Origin: a virus
Taxonomy: Duplodnaviria > Heunggongvirae > Uroviricota > Caudoviricetes
IMG/VR virus record: IMGVR_UViG_3300029718_000386
DNA: 64,000 bases
Strand: one strand, 5' to 3'
A program made the position numbers and the translations under genes. The notes beneath the pieces are model-generated. The model was given only the letters and a program-made list of their open reading frames with translations, was not told where the DNA came from and made no database searches. Of this stretch, positions 37,455 to 49,300 are shown piece after piece; position 1 is the stretch's first letter, and each line of letters starts with the position of its first letter.

Positions 37455-37814
37455 CTACTTTGCGTAACGCCCAATAGCTTCCTGGGTTGGCTCCAAGGTA
37501 CCAACGATGTATTTCCTCATTGCCTCCTCAAAATAATGCTTAAAGACAACATATTGATTGGAGTCGCATTTCATTAATATACAGTACGTTCTTTTCGCAT
37601 AGTTTTTCTTTGTGACCTCTGAAATATCCAAAATATTGATATTTTTCAGCCTATTATCCTTCATCTTTGCGAACATAATCATTGGCTTTACATTTACTTC
37701 CTGATTATCCTTTAAGCAGTAATAAATCGTTAGATTATGTGGTTTTGTATCTTGAAGCGACTTCGGCAGTTGTTTACTCGGTCCCTTGCTTCTCATGGTG
37801 ATTTTTTGTTTCAA
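37455..37814 (-). CDS. Hypothetical protein.
   Basis: 119 aa. Its start overlaps the YidC-like gene stop by 4 nt. Confidence 0.35.
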   Translation of the reverse strand: MKQKITMRSKGPSKQLPKSLQDTKPHNLTIYYCLKDNQEVNVKPMIMFAKMKDNRLKNINILDISEVTKKNYAKRTYCILMKCDSNQYVVFKHYFEEAMRKYIVGTLEPTQEAIGRYAK

Positions 37815-38731
37815 GCTTTTTCCTCCTGTGTTTGTTTTTGCGCTTCGTTTGCACTATTTGTTGCATCCGCTTTGGCGCTCTTTGCTGCCTTTTTGGTCTT
37901 GATCAACTGTACGATTGTGTTAATCAGGTTCCATGTGTAAGTTACGATAAAATAGAAACTAATCACGATTGGCGTATTGAACACAATCGTTGCGGTCAAC
38001 GCCAAAAATGCCGTATTCAAAATTGGCTGCGTTAACATCATAGCCTTACCTGCCGGTTTGAGTTTCTTGAAGCTTAATCGCATTTTTTCAATGCTCTGCC
38101 ACAACCCAATAATGTATTGTAAAACATACAAAACCATAGCCAATGTGGGGATAGACATCAACTGAGGATTATCCTTTACCGGTGGCACCAAATAGGTTTT
38201 TAATGAGCCCAAAGAAAAAGAGTCTCTTAAATCATAAAGCTTTTGAATGTCCGCTTTAGACACTCCGCCCTTTTCAAAGTCCGACTCATACTTTTCCAGA
38301 TCCTTTAACACACGAATTTCCGTGTATGGTGTGGACTTCTCTTCTTTTTCCATATATATTTGTGTAATGGTAGTGGCCGTGTCCTTTTCAACCACATGAA
38401 AATTAGAAATGGGCTTAAATGTTGTAACCATTACTGCCACAATAGCAAAGTCAATAATGATTAATGCCACTTTGGATAGAAATGTTAAATATGGATTGTA
38501 ATTGGATTCCTTGTAGTATTCGTAAATTTTATCAGAGAGCACATCTCTGTCCCCGCCTGCTTCTTTTTGAAGCTGTGCGATTTTTTCGTCTCTAACAGCC
38601 TTTTCTTCACTTTGCTTTTTGCTGTATTTATTCAAGAATATACGAATGATTTTAGTCACCAAGCAAAGACCGATGATAAAAGCGGGATAACAAGTAATGG
38701 GAATACCCAAAAGCCGAACTGTGGCTAACAT
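37811..38731 (-). CDS. YidC/Oxa1-family membrane insertase-like protein.
   Basis: First TM LGIPITCYPAFIIGLCLVTKIIRIFLNKYSKKQ and a C-terminal ISFYFIVTYTWNLINTIVQ. Both resemble conserved YidC TM1 and C-terminal segments. EKMRLSFKKLKP is a KMQ-like motif. Confidence 0.45.
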   Translation of the reverse strand: MLATVRLLGIPITCYPAFIIGLCLVTKIIRIFLNKYSKKQSEEKAVRDEKIAQLQKEAGGDRDVLSDKIYEYYKESNYNPYLTFLSKVALIIIDFAIVAVMVTTFKPISNFHVVEKDTATTITQIYMEKEEKSTPYTEIRVLKDLEKYESDFEKGGVSKADIQKLYDLRDSFSLGSLKTYLVPPVKDNPQLMSIPTLAMVLYVLQYIIGLWQSIEKMRLSFKKLKPAGKAMMLTQPILNTAFLALTATIVFNTPIVISFYFIVTYTWNLINTIVQLIKTKKAAKSAKADATNSANEAQKQTQEEKA

Positions 38732-38932
38732 AAAAAACCTCCTGACAAAAGAAAAAAGGAATACTCGCGTACTCCTTTCAAAAAAATATTAAGTTAAATG
38801 AAAGCAGTCACTGACCGCCATTGTTGACCTATGGATAATTATAACACAAAAAGAAAAACTTGCCAAACCACGTTCATTTTAAGCAAAAATAAAACTTTTT
38901 AATTCCAAAGTTACTGAAAGGGAAAATTAATT

Positions 38933-39019
38933 ATGGGATTATTCAACAACAAAAATCCAAATGAAATTACATATGGATATGGTGAAAAGCGTTTTACCGA
39001 TGTAATTAAAAAGCAATAA
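38933..39019 (+). CDS. Candidate small ORF (28 aa).
   Basis: RBS AAGGGAAAAT before the ATG. Peptide MGLFNNKNPNEITYGYGEKRFTDVIKKQ. Followed by a terminator, GCATCCtttgcGGGTGC plus TTTTTTC. Confidence 0.25.
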   Translation: MGLFNNKNPNEITYGYGEKRFTDVIKKQ

Positions 39020-39197
39020 ATGCATCCTTTGCGGGTGCTTTTTTCTTTATTGCTAAAAAATATGTTATAATTAAATTAATAAGTTAATACAAACGAGGCA
39101 GTTATTCGTGTAGGCGGTATCTGCCTCTTTTTTGTTAATTCAAAAAAATATAAAGATAAATGCCCTCGTTATTGCGAGGCGGAAAGGAAACAAAACA

Positions 39198-39506
39198 ATG
39201 AAAGAAAAATTCATGAACGCACATATTAGCGGTTTAAAATGTGATAACCCTAACTGCAATTGGGCGGACCCTTCGATCCAACTGAACGAATACCCTGATT
39301 GGGTTGGAAGAGGATGTCCACTTTGCGGCGAAGTTGTTCTTACAAATGAGGCTTGGCAAACAGTACAAAAAATCATTTGTATTGAAAACGCTGTGAATAG
39401 ATTTTCAGGATTGTTAAAGCCTTCATCAAAAAATGGACAAGCTAAGGTCGGTGTAAGACTCACTCTTGATAAAAAAGGAAAAATTCATTTTAAAGGAGAA
39501 AAATAA
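39198..39506 (+). CDS. Small Cys-rich (zinc-ribbon-like) protein.
   Basis: RBS GGAAAGGAAA before ATG MKEKFMNA. CDNPNC...CPLCG. One of the few plus-strand genes. Terminator at about 39575-39610. Confidence 0.45.
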   Translation: MKEKFMNAHISGLKCDNPNCNWADPSIQLNEYPDWVGRGCPLCGEVVLTNEAWQTVQKIICIENAVNRFSGLLKPSSKNGQAKVGVRLTLDKKGKIHFKGEK

Positions 39507-40048
39507 AGACGGCAAGCCTTTGAAATATGAAGAATTTTGTAAAAACTTTATTTTAAATAAGAAAAAAGCACTCATATAGGGTGCTTCTTCTTCTTTTGCT
39601 AAAGATGACATTAATAAACAAGAATATTCAAAGTGGCGTGATTGTGATTAATTTTCAAAGTGGTCTGACAAAATTCTAATTTGTCAAAATTGGCATATTT
39701 CACACGAAAACAGGCATCGACTTATACGGCGACGATTAACGCCTAAATAGCAAAGTGGAGTATCTTGTTCTTCATTGGATCCAAACCGCCATTCTTGAGG
39801 CATCTCCGTCAATAATTATAACATAATTGCCAGTATCTCTTAAATATAGTTTTCAGCACAAAGAAAGCCGCCAATGCAGATGCAAAGGCGGCTTTTGTAT
39901 TGACAACACGGAATGTGTGTTCTAAAATGCCATTAACAAAGGAGCGTTTCTGTGTATGAATAATTATAACGGATTTGCTTTCCACGGCAAATTATAATAT
40001 ACCGCAAAACAAACTAAAAAAGACTGCCCTCTCGGACAGTCTTCTTTT

Positions 40049-40342
40049 CTATTTCAGCGTTACGCCTCGTAATTCGTGATCCGGATATTTAGCCGTATCT
40101 TCGGCGTAGTTATTTGCAGTATATTCTTCACTCCAACCGGACGTTTCCGGTTGAGTGGTTAAAGCGACATCAGTGTCAGATTTATGTGCAAACAAAATGC
40201 CCAAAATAACGGATACGATACAGATCACGATAATCACAACGACGATGATTTTATTTTTTCGTTTATCGCCTTGTGGCTGATCCACAACATCATCCGCGTC
40301 TGCGTCAATGATGCTGCGGTCTTTTTTCTCTTTTTGTTTCAT
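40049..40342 (-). CDS. Small membrane-anchored protein.
   Basis: Start MKQKEKKD just after the giant gene stop. TM IIVVVIIVICIVSVILGILF. A bidirectional terminator at 40015..40048 abuts the stop. Confidence 0.4.
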   Translation of the reverse strand: MKQKEKKDRSIIDADADDVVDQPQGDKRKNKIIVVVIIVICIVSVILGILFAHKSDTDVALTTQPETSGWSEEYTANNYAEDTAKYPDHELRGVTLK

Positions 40343-40385
40343 AATACCCTCCACAGGGGCGCATTCAGCGCCCCTGTCTTTGTTT

Positions 40386-43300
40386 TTACCACGGAGAAGT
40401 CTCACGTGTCTTGAAGTCGTCAAACAGGCTTCCGTTGATCTTTACGGCGTTTGAATCACCAACATAGCTTAACATACCACTTGGCGTCCAGCAATCAGCA
40501 ACACGAACCTGGATCTTATAGTCCGTATCGTTTGGATACCATACCGGGACATGGTGCAGTGAACGTGCGCTGCTGTCCTCATCCTCATATTCCATAAACT
40601 TAAACCAATATGGATTTTCGTTCGTGTTGGCACCAGTGGGACGCAATGATGCATAAGGTCCAAAATACTTTCTGTCAGTTGGAGCCGATTTGAGTCCATA
40701 CATCGCATACAACGCCGAGTATTTACCATTGATTGTCTGGTAATTGTACTCTGGATAATACGCCAATGCAGATTGCGCGTTTACGCAACTACCATCTGGT
40801 AAAGCAGGATCTGTCTTACGCTGTGGCGTTAAGTTCGCTGTTGCTCGACTCTCAAGACTGTAACCGCTCTTGGTTTCCCAGTAATTCTCGTCTCCATTGT
40901 TTTCGACTTTTTTGCTTGGGTTCTGAGCACTGCCTGCACCGGCAGATGCTAGCGGTTTTAACAGATTCTCTTGGAAGCCAAGTCTTGCTGTGTAAGTATG
41001 CAGTTTAAACACTCCATTTTCGCAGGTGTATTCCTGCCATGAAGTCGTGTTCGCATACGGCTTGTCATTTGTCGGATCTTTATAAGAATATCCATCTCCA
41101 CCGTTCAGGTTATAACCTTCATAATTTGTGGAGCTTGTATTATCAAGATCGTTAAGCTGCACAAGGTTTTTGTCTTGCCGCCCTGAGTCGCAATACACAA
41201 ACTGTCCATTCTCTTCGTCATTATAACGTAGCTGAACCCACGGTACGACACCATAGAACTTGTATCCCAATGATTCATAAGAGTCGTCAATTGAACTAAC
41301 AGCAGGCGTTCTAACAGTATAATAAATCAGATTGTTCTTTGCAGCCGGTACTACAGCGGTTCTGGCGGCGTACTGACAGTTGTATCGACCAATCAATTTC
41401 TTATCGTATTTGACTTCCACATTTTCAATGGCTTCATACTGCCACTCTCCTGTGTTTAAATTATACAATTTGGCATACAGACCACCGGTCGCATTCAAAG
41501 CATTTTGATCGGTGAAGTTTTCAGTGCTGTGGTTGTCTACGATAAAGGACGTTACAACATCCGTGCCATATGAATATTTTGCATTTGGATATTGGAATTT
41601 AACATCCACAGGCAAATACTTTTCATTGACATAACAACCAACGTTGTAAGTAGCACCTTTACTTCCGTCTGTCGGAACCCCACCAAACAAACCAATGTGC
41701 TTTTTATCTGAATCTTTATGTCCTGGTACTTCATAGCACAATTGATACTTTAAATTTGCTGTACCACTTGGCCCACACCCAAACCACATTGTTGATGGTT
41801 CCAAATAATACGCTGTCAGAGAATCTAAAAGCTCTTTCGGGAAGTAATAGCTAAATACAAATGGGAAATCTTCTTTGTTATAGTAAGAAGAAATCTTTGT
41901 GTTTGCTTGTACTCCGCTTGAAATAGCAAATCCCATGTTTTCAATTTGCTCTTCTGGACTCAATGCAAAGACCTCTCCAAACTGTGCTGCCCAAGAGTTT
42001 TCATCGATCGTATCGCGATTTGTTTCCGGTCCGTACAGCATTTTCGCAAACTCTAATTCCGTCATTGTGTCGGAGCTAACATTTTTCTCTTTTACCGCAC
42101 TGTCTGGGATTGCATACGGCAATAGATCCACCTGTCTCTTTAATGGGTCAATCGGATCCGTAGAGCCACCAGCTGTTTCATATGCTTCTTTTGACAGATA
42201 GGTGTTGACGACTATGCCAGCCGTACACTCGACGTCAAATGAGTGGTCTGCAGTAATATTTTCAAAGGTATAGCTACCACCACTCCAGTATTTATAAACG
42301 TCACTGATTGTTTTTTCAGTGTCGAGTCCTTTATCAATCACAATCTTACTTACCATAAATCCGTCATTAGGTGTAAACTCAATGTTTTTTGTTTCACCAT
42401 ACTTGATTTTGGTAATTGTATCTGTGATTGTGCCGTTTGTGATGCTTGTTGTAATAGTGTATGTTCTTGTACAAACAACATCAACTGTATGGTCAGCGCT
42501 CAAAGTTCCGGGAATTGAAACTTTACCGCTCTTGGTGTCACCCGTCCATACCAATTGTGCGCCTGTTAACTTTTCTCCAGAATTTAATTCCTTTCCATCA
42601 ATTTTAACAGAAGTGATCTGATAACCAGGATCCGGCGTAAATGTAACAACAGAGTCAGCACCCGCGATATTTTTGTAATTACCAGCACGTAATCCAGTCA
42701 CCGTTTTGGTAATTGTACCATTCTGAATACTGGTCTTTATCTGATAAGTTTTCAGATCCATTTCGGCTGTATAATGTTCTACGGTGTCATAACCAAGAGG
42801 CTTTGAGCCTTGGACATCACTCTTAAATGAAAAAATGTTGTTCGCAGTTGTTCCATTTGGTGTCACACGAGTTGATGTTCCAAACAAGCCAAACAGTCTA
42901 CGGTCATCATTTTCAAGTGCCTTATCCACAGAGGACAAAAGACGTACACTCATCTTGTATGGATGTGTGTTCTTTGGATAAGCCGGATTACTGCCATCAT
43001 TATCTTCAAGCTTATATCCGACATAAATGAAGTTTGACTTACCAAAATCCTTCGTGGCGGCGTCTAAAGAGCAGTTTGCGTTTAGAGTATAGATATAGCC
43101 ATCTGCATCCGTCAGAAGATCGTTACCCTCGTTCATAACAGTAGCATTACCATCTGGAGAAACATTATAGTCCTTAAGCACCGCTAACGGTGTTGCAATT
43201 TTGCTTGTGTACAAATTCAAATACTGAAGCGTATTATCCAAAGTTACACGAGCGGTTGCGTTTTGAGCGTCCTCTCGGCTTGTAACCTGAGCAGTTGCAA

Positions 43301-46300
43301 GATTATCTATATTTGTAACTTTCGTCTTCAGCTTATCTTCTTTAAACTCAACAGACGAAATACCAACAAACTCTGACGGAATTCCATCTGTAAATAGATT
43401 ACTACTCTTTACAAATGGATTAGCAACAACCGGGTTTGTCGATTGCAGACTGTTTTTAATACTGTATTTTGTAGCTAAATCTGTAGCGTAAATATCAATG
43501 GTAGCCTCAGAACACAACACTTTCAAGACAACATAACCATCTCTGTCTGCTGCTTGGTGACGAATAGCAAAGTCGCAAAGCATATTATATAATGCACCAG
43601 GTGTCGCTCCCTCTGCGCTGTCACCAAAATACAAGACTGACTTATTGGCATAATCGAATACGCTATCTCGGTACATCACTCCGGTCTTTGACTTACTATA
43701 CTGTGACTTAATCACCGAATACTTATTCTGTGTGCTGTCCATACCATCAGCGTCCCAGGCTCGTTCAGCATCGGCTGCGACAGGCTTGCCCGTCGGATAA
43801 TATTCCAGCATTACGCCATAGGCCATCATGTCATTCTCAAGAACACTTTGCAAAGAATTGATTTGATCTTCGTTTATGTGATCTTTCAATGCGATCGTGG
43901 AATTGCCGTTGCCCCGTAGCATAAATTGGTCAAATAATTTACTATACTCAACACCATCGTAACCGATAATCGGCAGGCCGTTAGATGTTGTAATAATACC
44001 ATTAAGTTGACTTGCCTGTGTCTGATCACCTTTGCCGATATTTAAGAGTACATCATTACCATTTGCAAAATTGAGTGCAGTAAAATCAGAAAGTGCGTTA
44101 TATCCGTCTATCGTACCCTCTGTATCAGCGGAGTATTCATAATCTGCAAGAGACTTTGAATCAACCTTAAATACTGTTGAAGACTCATCGGAAGTGAATT
44201 CATCACAAGACACAGAATAATACAAATCCTCTGGCGATTTGGTTGTAATTGAAACATAATACTTCTTGATTGGAGTAATATTTGAAATTGCTGCCAACGC
44301 ATCTGCCGCATTCGTCACCTTCTTCTCTGTGATCGGAGAATATGGGTTGTGACATTCGCCCCATCTGTTCGCATACTCCCTTGCTTTAGATGAAGAGAAT
44401 GCATAGTCTTGATAGTCAACGGTGATCGTGAAATTATCATTTGTGGCATCGTCGTGATATGTGTATGACTTATTGAAAGACGGATAAGTATTTGTGCTGA
44501 AGTTTTTAGCATCCGCCTCTTTTTGGGCATTTAATGTGCTTACTTTTTGGGACAGTTCGGCTAAAATTCCAATTTTATTTAGATCAAGAGTCGTGTATGG
44601 AACAAGCTCGTCCTTTTCATTCTTTGTGTACAAAGAATATACAATGTTGTCATTATCAAAAAATGAAACACCGCTTTCGTTATAGGACCGATCCACCGAA
44701 TCGAAAAAGGTTGTCACAGTTTTGCTGTCAGCGTTAGTCTGCTTTTTTAAATAATAATCAAGCTTAGCATACTTGCCTGTGTACTTAATTTCTTGCACAT
44801 TCTCCTTAAAAGACACCGATCCTGAACGAGTTGTCCACACCTTTTGCTTCTCGCCATTTTGATCTATAAAGAAGAACTCAAATTTATATGTTCCCGGTTC
44901 AGTTGGATAATAAGAATAATTCAAATAAGTTCCATCGTCTGAATAAAAATCAAAATCCTTAGAAGTATTGAGAACCTTATCCCTTTCGATGGATCGATAA
45001 ACGCCCAGAGAATCCATCTTATAAACGTTCATTGAGACATTCTCAACAGGATTGCCTTGTTTGTATTCTGGATTTAAGTTAGCTGATTTATCCAGTGTGT
45101 GCAGTCTCAGATCGATACGGTCTTTAGCATACAGGTCAACCTCTGTTAAATATGTTTTTCCAACTATAGATTTTTGCCCTGCCGTATTTGCGTTTTTAAA
45201 CTCTTCTAAAGATGAGACAACGCTCTTTTCCGAAACAGTCTCAAAAGCTTTTGGTGACGTCTTAAATGCCTCTTCATAAGCGTAATAGTTCAGATGGACT
45301 TCATTATAGTCCTTGATGTTCTTAGTTACATCAGACACAGTAAAGTCTTCAGGCATAATAAAGAACTTGTATGTGTCTGCGTCACCATAAAACATTATAG
45401 CCCCATTCTCGTCGGTTTTTAAGATCTGAAAATCGGGGTCACTTCGAGGCTCATTACATTCACTGCAGAAATCCGTATTATACGGATTTGTTTTATATGT
45501 CGGGATGTCAGACAACCACGCTCCACAATTCGCACACACGATGGCATCATAGGCGTTTTTTTCTTTGCATGACGGACAATCCTTGTAAGAACAGCCATAA
45601 CAAGTCCAAGTAAGATCATCTGCAGACTTAAGTCCTACTAATTCTTTATACTTGCTTTCAGACAAAACCATCACGCGCGCGCCAGCAACAGGCGTTCTGG
45701 AATTAAACGTTGCGTTATCATATACTTTGATCTGATTTAACTGATCTCCATAATATGCCTCGGCGTTATACACCAGGTGGTTGTTTGTATAACGCACACT
45801 GCCACCAGTTACCTCGTCATTGTAGTAATAGCGATCAGACTTGTTATCTTTAATGACAAAATAATAGTAATATCCAGAAGTCAAACTATTTGCAGGGAGT
45901 GACACAGTTACATAATTCGGATAAATGCTGTGTCCACAATTAGCCTTTCCGGCTGGATGTTTCGTTCCACACACAGAACATTGCCAGCCTGTTGCAATTG
46001 TTGAACTAATCAAAGAACCACCGGTGTGAACGTAGGCTGTATCATACTGATCCGCAGATCCGCCACCGCCACACAACGCAAGATTGGTCTTTGAATAGCC
46101 GATGCTTGGAGAACCAATATATGCCGTAGATGTATGTCTTCCGTTACTCACTCCTAGTCCACCAGAAAACCACTTATGACACTTAGAGCAACGAATCAGG
46201 GAAACAGAACCGCCAGTATATGGGCTATCCCCTTCATGCCCCTCACAAGCATACGGATACTCTTTAAATGCATTGACATTTGCTCGACTCTCACTCACAT

Positions 46301-49300
46301 TGGCCGTAATATCTTTAACTAATTCCACATCATACGTTGAACCCTGACAAGTCAGCGTAGAGTTAGAATGGCCACAGGCAGAGCACTTCCAAGTCTTGGA
46401 CGAAGCCGTTTGTTGCATATAGGTATTTGTGCATGTTTCTCCATCACATTCAACACCACTATTTGTAGATTCGCACTTTGAGCACTGCCAGGCATCAGGA
46501 ACAATCCAAAACTCGGGGACACCTCCCTGGTCGTCGATAGATTTACCGCAGTCTGGACAAATAGAAGTATTCTCTACGATACTACCACATGAGCACTTCC
46601 AAGCGTAGTTGTTTTGAGCCGTCAAATAATCAGAAAACTTTGAACCACACTTTTCATTGATGTTGTTAAACAATTCATCCGCATTTACCGGCAGTGAAGA
46701 AAGTGATTTTGATCGATACAAAAGCAGTTGAGAACCGGTTTTAAGCAGATTTAAAGCCTCAACAGCTTCATCTCCGCGAGCAAACAAATTGTACTCAATA
46801 CCGCCCTTACCATCGCCCTTAGGCATATAATACAGATACACATTCAGAGTGCCATGCATTTCATCAACAGTAAAATCAGGCTCCCCTGCTACTTCTTTAT
46901 GTTGATAGTTACCAAACACATCTATGTATCCATAAGCACCCACATAGTCGCATGTGCTTCCACCATATTCTACAGACTCTTTGAAATACGGAACATTTTC
47001 TGTAGTCGTTGTTGTATTGCCGTCAGCGTCCGTCTGTTCAACGGTATCTTCATAATAACCGCCTTTGAATGAAAACGCCTTTGCTGCATCCCAGTCTAGA
47101 ACCTTCGACGATACGATAGTGTTGTCCTCATAGATAGAAGAACTATCGTAATCAAAACTGTCTGTCAATGCCACATAGTTCAGAATGACTTTAGAATCAC
47201 TGACCGGAGCAAATGTAACATGGATGTCAGAAGCCTTTAAAGATGCAACATTCGTGTTGAAGGACATTTTATAGAACTGCTCACTGTTTTGTGGATAAAG
47301 TGTTCTGGAACCAACAGGGCTGCCGTCTTTGTTTACTGCACCATCATCTACAACAATGCTCACAATCTTAAAGCCGGTTGATTTTGGAATAGAAACCGTA
47401 ACCACCTTGCCCAATGAGTTATTGTCCGTTACATACATATCTGTTTCCACAGAATTTTCGTAGTCAGTTGAAGCTCCGGCCTGCCCGGAAGGCTTAATCG
47501 CTTTGCTGCTCCCCTCTTGAAGCGTCCAGTTATCTGATACGCCTACCCATTTGGAGATTTTCTTTTGAGCCTCATCTGCAGCTTCTTTTGCATCAGCCGC
47601 AGCTGCCACTGCCTGATCATCACTTGGATCAATTGTTACATCTTTATAATTGGACTCATAATAATTGATGGCATTTAGCAAATCATCAATTCCGGACAAA
47701 GAACCGGCTGCTGAAATATTGTTTTGCAGCTGCCACTGCGCATAATAGGTTACTTCACCTTCAGCAGGCGTCTTGATCGTTGTTACCTGATCTTTAGCAT
47801 AATCATAGTTATCTGCCGTAGCACCCCAGCCCTTGAATGTTCTGTTCAGATCTTCCAAATCGCCGTTCAGCCCGGCAATTGCAGCTGTGCCCGTACAATT
47901 ATGCCCATTTACTGAAGGCGCATTTATCGTCTGCCCAACGTTAGCAGTTGTTGAACTGATTGTTTCGCCGCACAGTGCACAAACAAAGTTTACCGTAGAC
48001 TGCAGCGTGAATGTGTACTTCGCATAATACACTGTCACTTTAGCACTTGGCATCGTAATGTCATTACCGACAGTCAATGAAGCATCATCCGACTTATCAT
48101 TCACCGTATAATCAGGATTTGTTCCCCAATAGCTGAATGTAATTTTATAATCACTCAGCGGATGACCTTTGTATTGCAAATTACTTAAATTACTGGAGTC
48201 GTTATGAGATTCGCCTGCAGGTACAGGACCCTGTGTAGAGCCTGGTGCACCACGCAGCAACGCAATTTCATTTTCATCGATAGAACACTTAAATAAAACT
48301 TTATTCTCGTTCGTCAGCTTGAGGGCGTACTTTGCATAATACTTTTGCGTGCTGCTTGGCACAGTTGTTTGAGAACCTGCCTTATGGTTGCTCAACACGC
48401 TCAAACTATCATTCAATGTACCGGTAGCCAGCTTAGCATTTGCGTTACTGTCTTGACCCCAGCCTTGGAATGTAATCGAATAATCTCCAACATCAATGGT
48501 CTTGCCATTGTATGTAATCTTTCCACCATTGACAGAGCACACATGTTTTGAACCAGTGGGGATAGTATACTTTTCTCCGGCGTAATGTTCTCTGTCATTT
48601 TTACTGGTTGAAGTATCATACAGTTGTGCTCCGCACAAACTGCAGTAATACACCGCTCTGCCTTTTGCATTCTCTTTCTTATCCAGACACATCCAGAATG
48701 TGGTATCGCCATAAATCTTTTTCTGACTTGGCACCGGATTAGTCATTTTTGAGCCATTCTTTGACGCGCTCCAATGTTTATAGCTGTAAGTGTATTTGTA
48801 GTTGTTGTGCTTTTGCGGATGCGTCTTTTCTTGATCGTTGAAGTAGCTTCCGGGAACTGTCTCACCGTGTGCCACTGTAATCGTCTTTAAGTTTGCTCCA
48901 TCGAGAGAACATTTTAAATAAGCCCTATGCGCCACGGTCTTTAGATTAAACAGCACACGCACGGTATTATAACGACCACCACAGATGTAGCCCTTAACAC
49001 CGGCAGTTTTATCTTTGCCCTGAAAATACGTTGCTTTGTTATAAATATCAGGTGCATTCATATGCCAAGCCAAATTGACAGACACATTGGACCGGCGGGA
49101 TGTATAGAAGGTCAGCTTGTTACCGCTCACTTCTACCTTCATAAACGGTTCTGCAGGTTTTGTTTTCAGCTTAGCGGAGCTTACTGGAACATAGCCATAG
49201 TAAGAAGTTGTGTTTTTTTCTTCATCGCCAAAGTACACACAGTAAAACTTGCCATTTCGTGTTTTACCCAACACAGAAGCGCCTCTGTACTGTGGACCTT

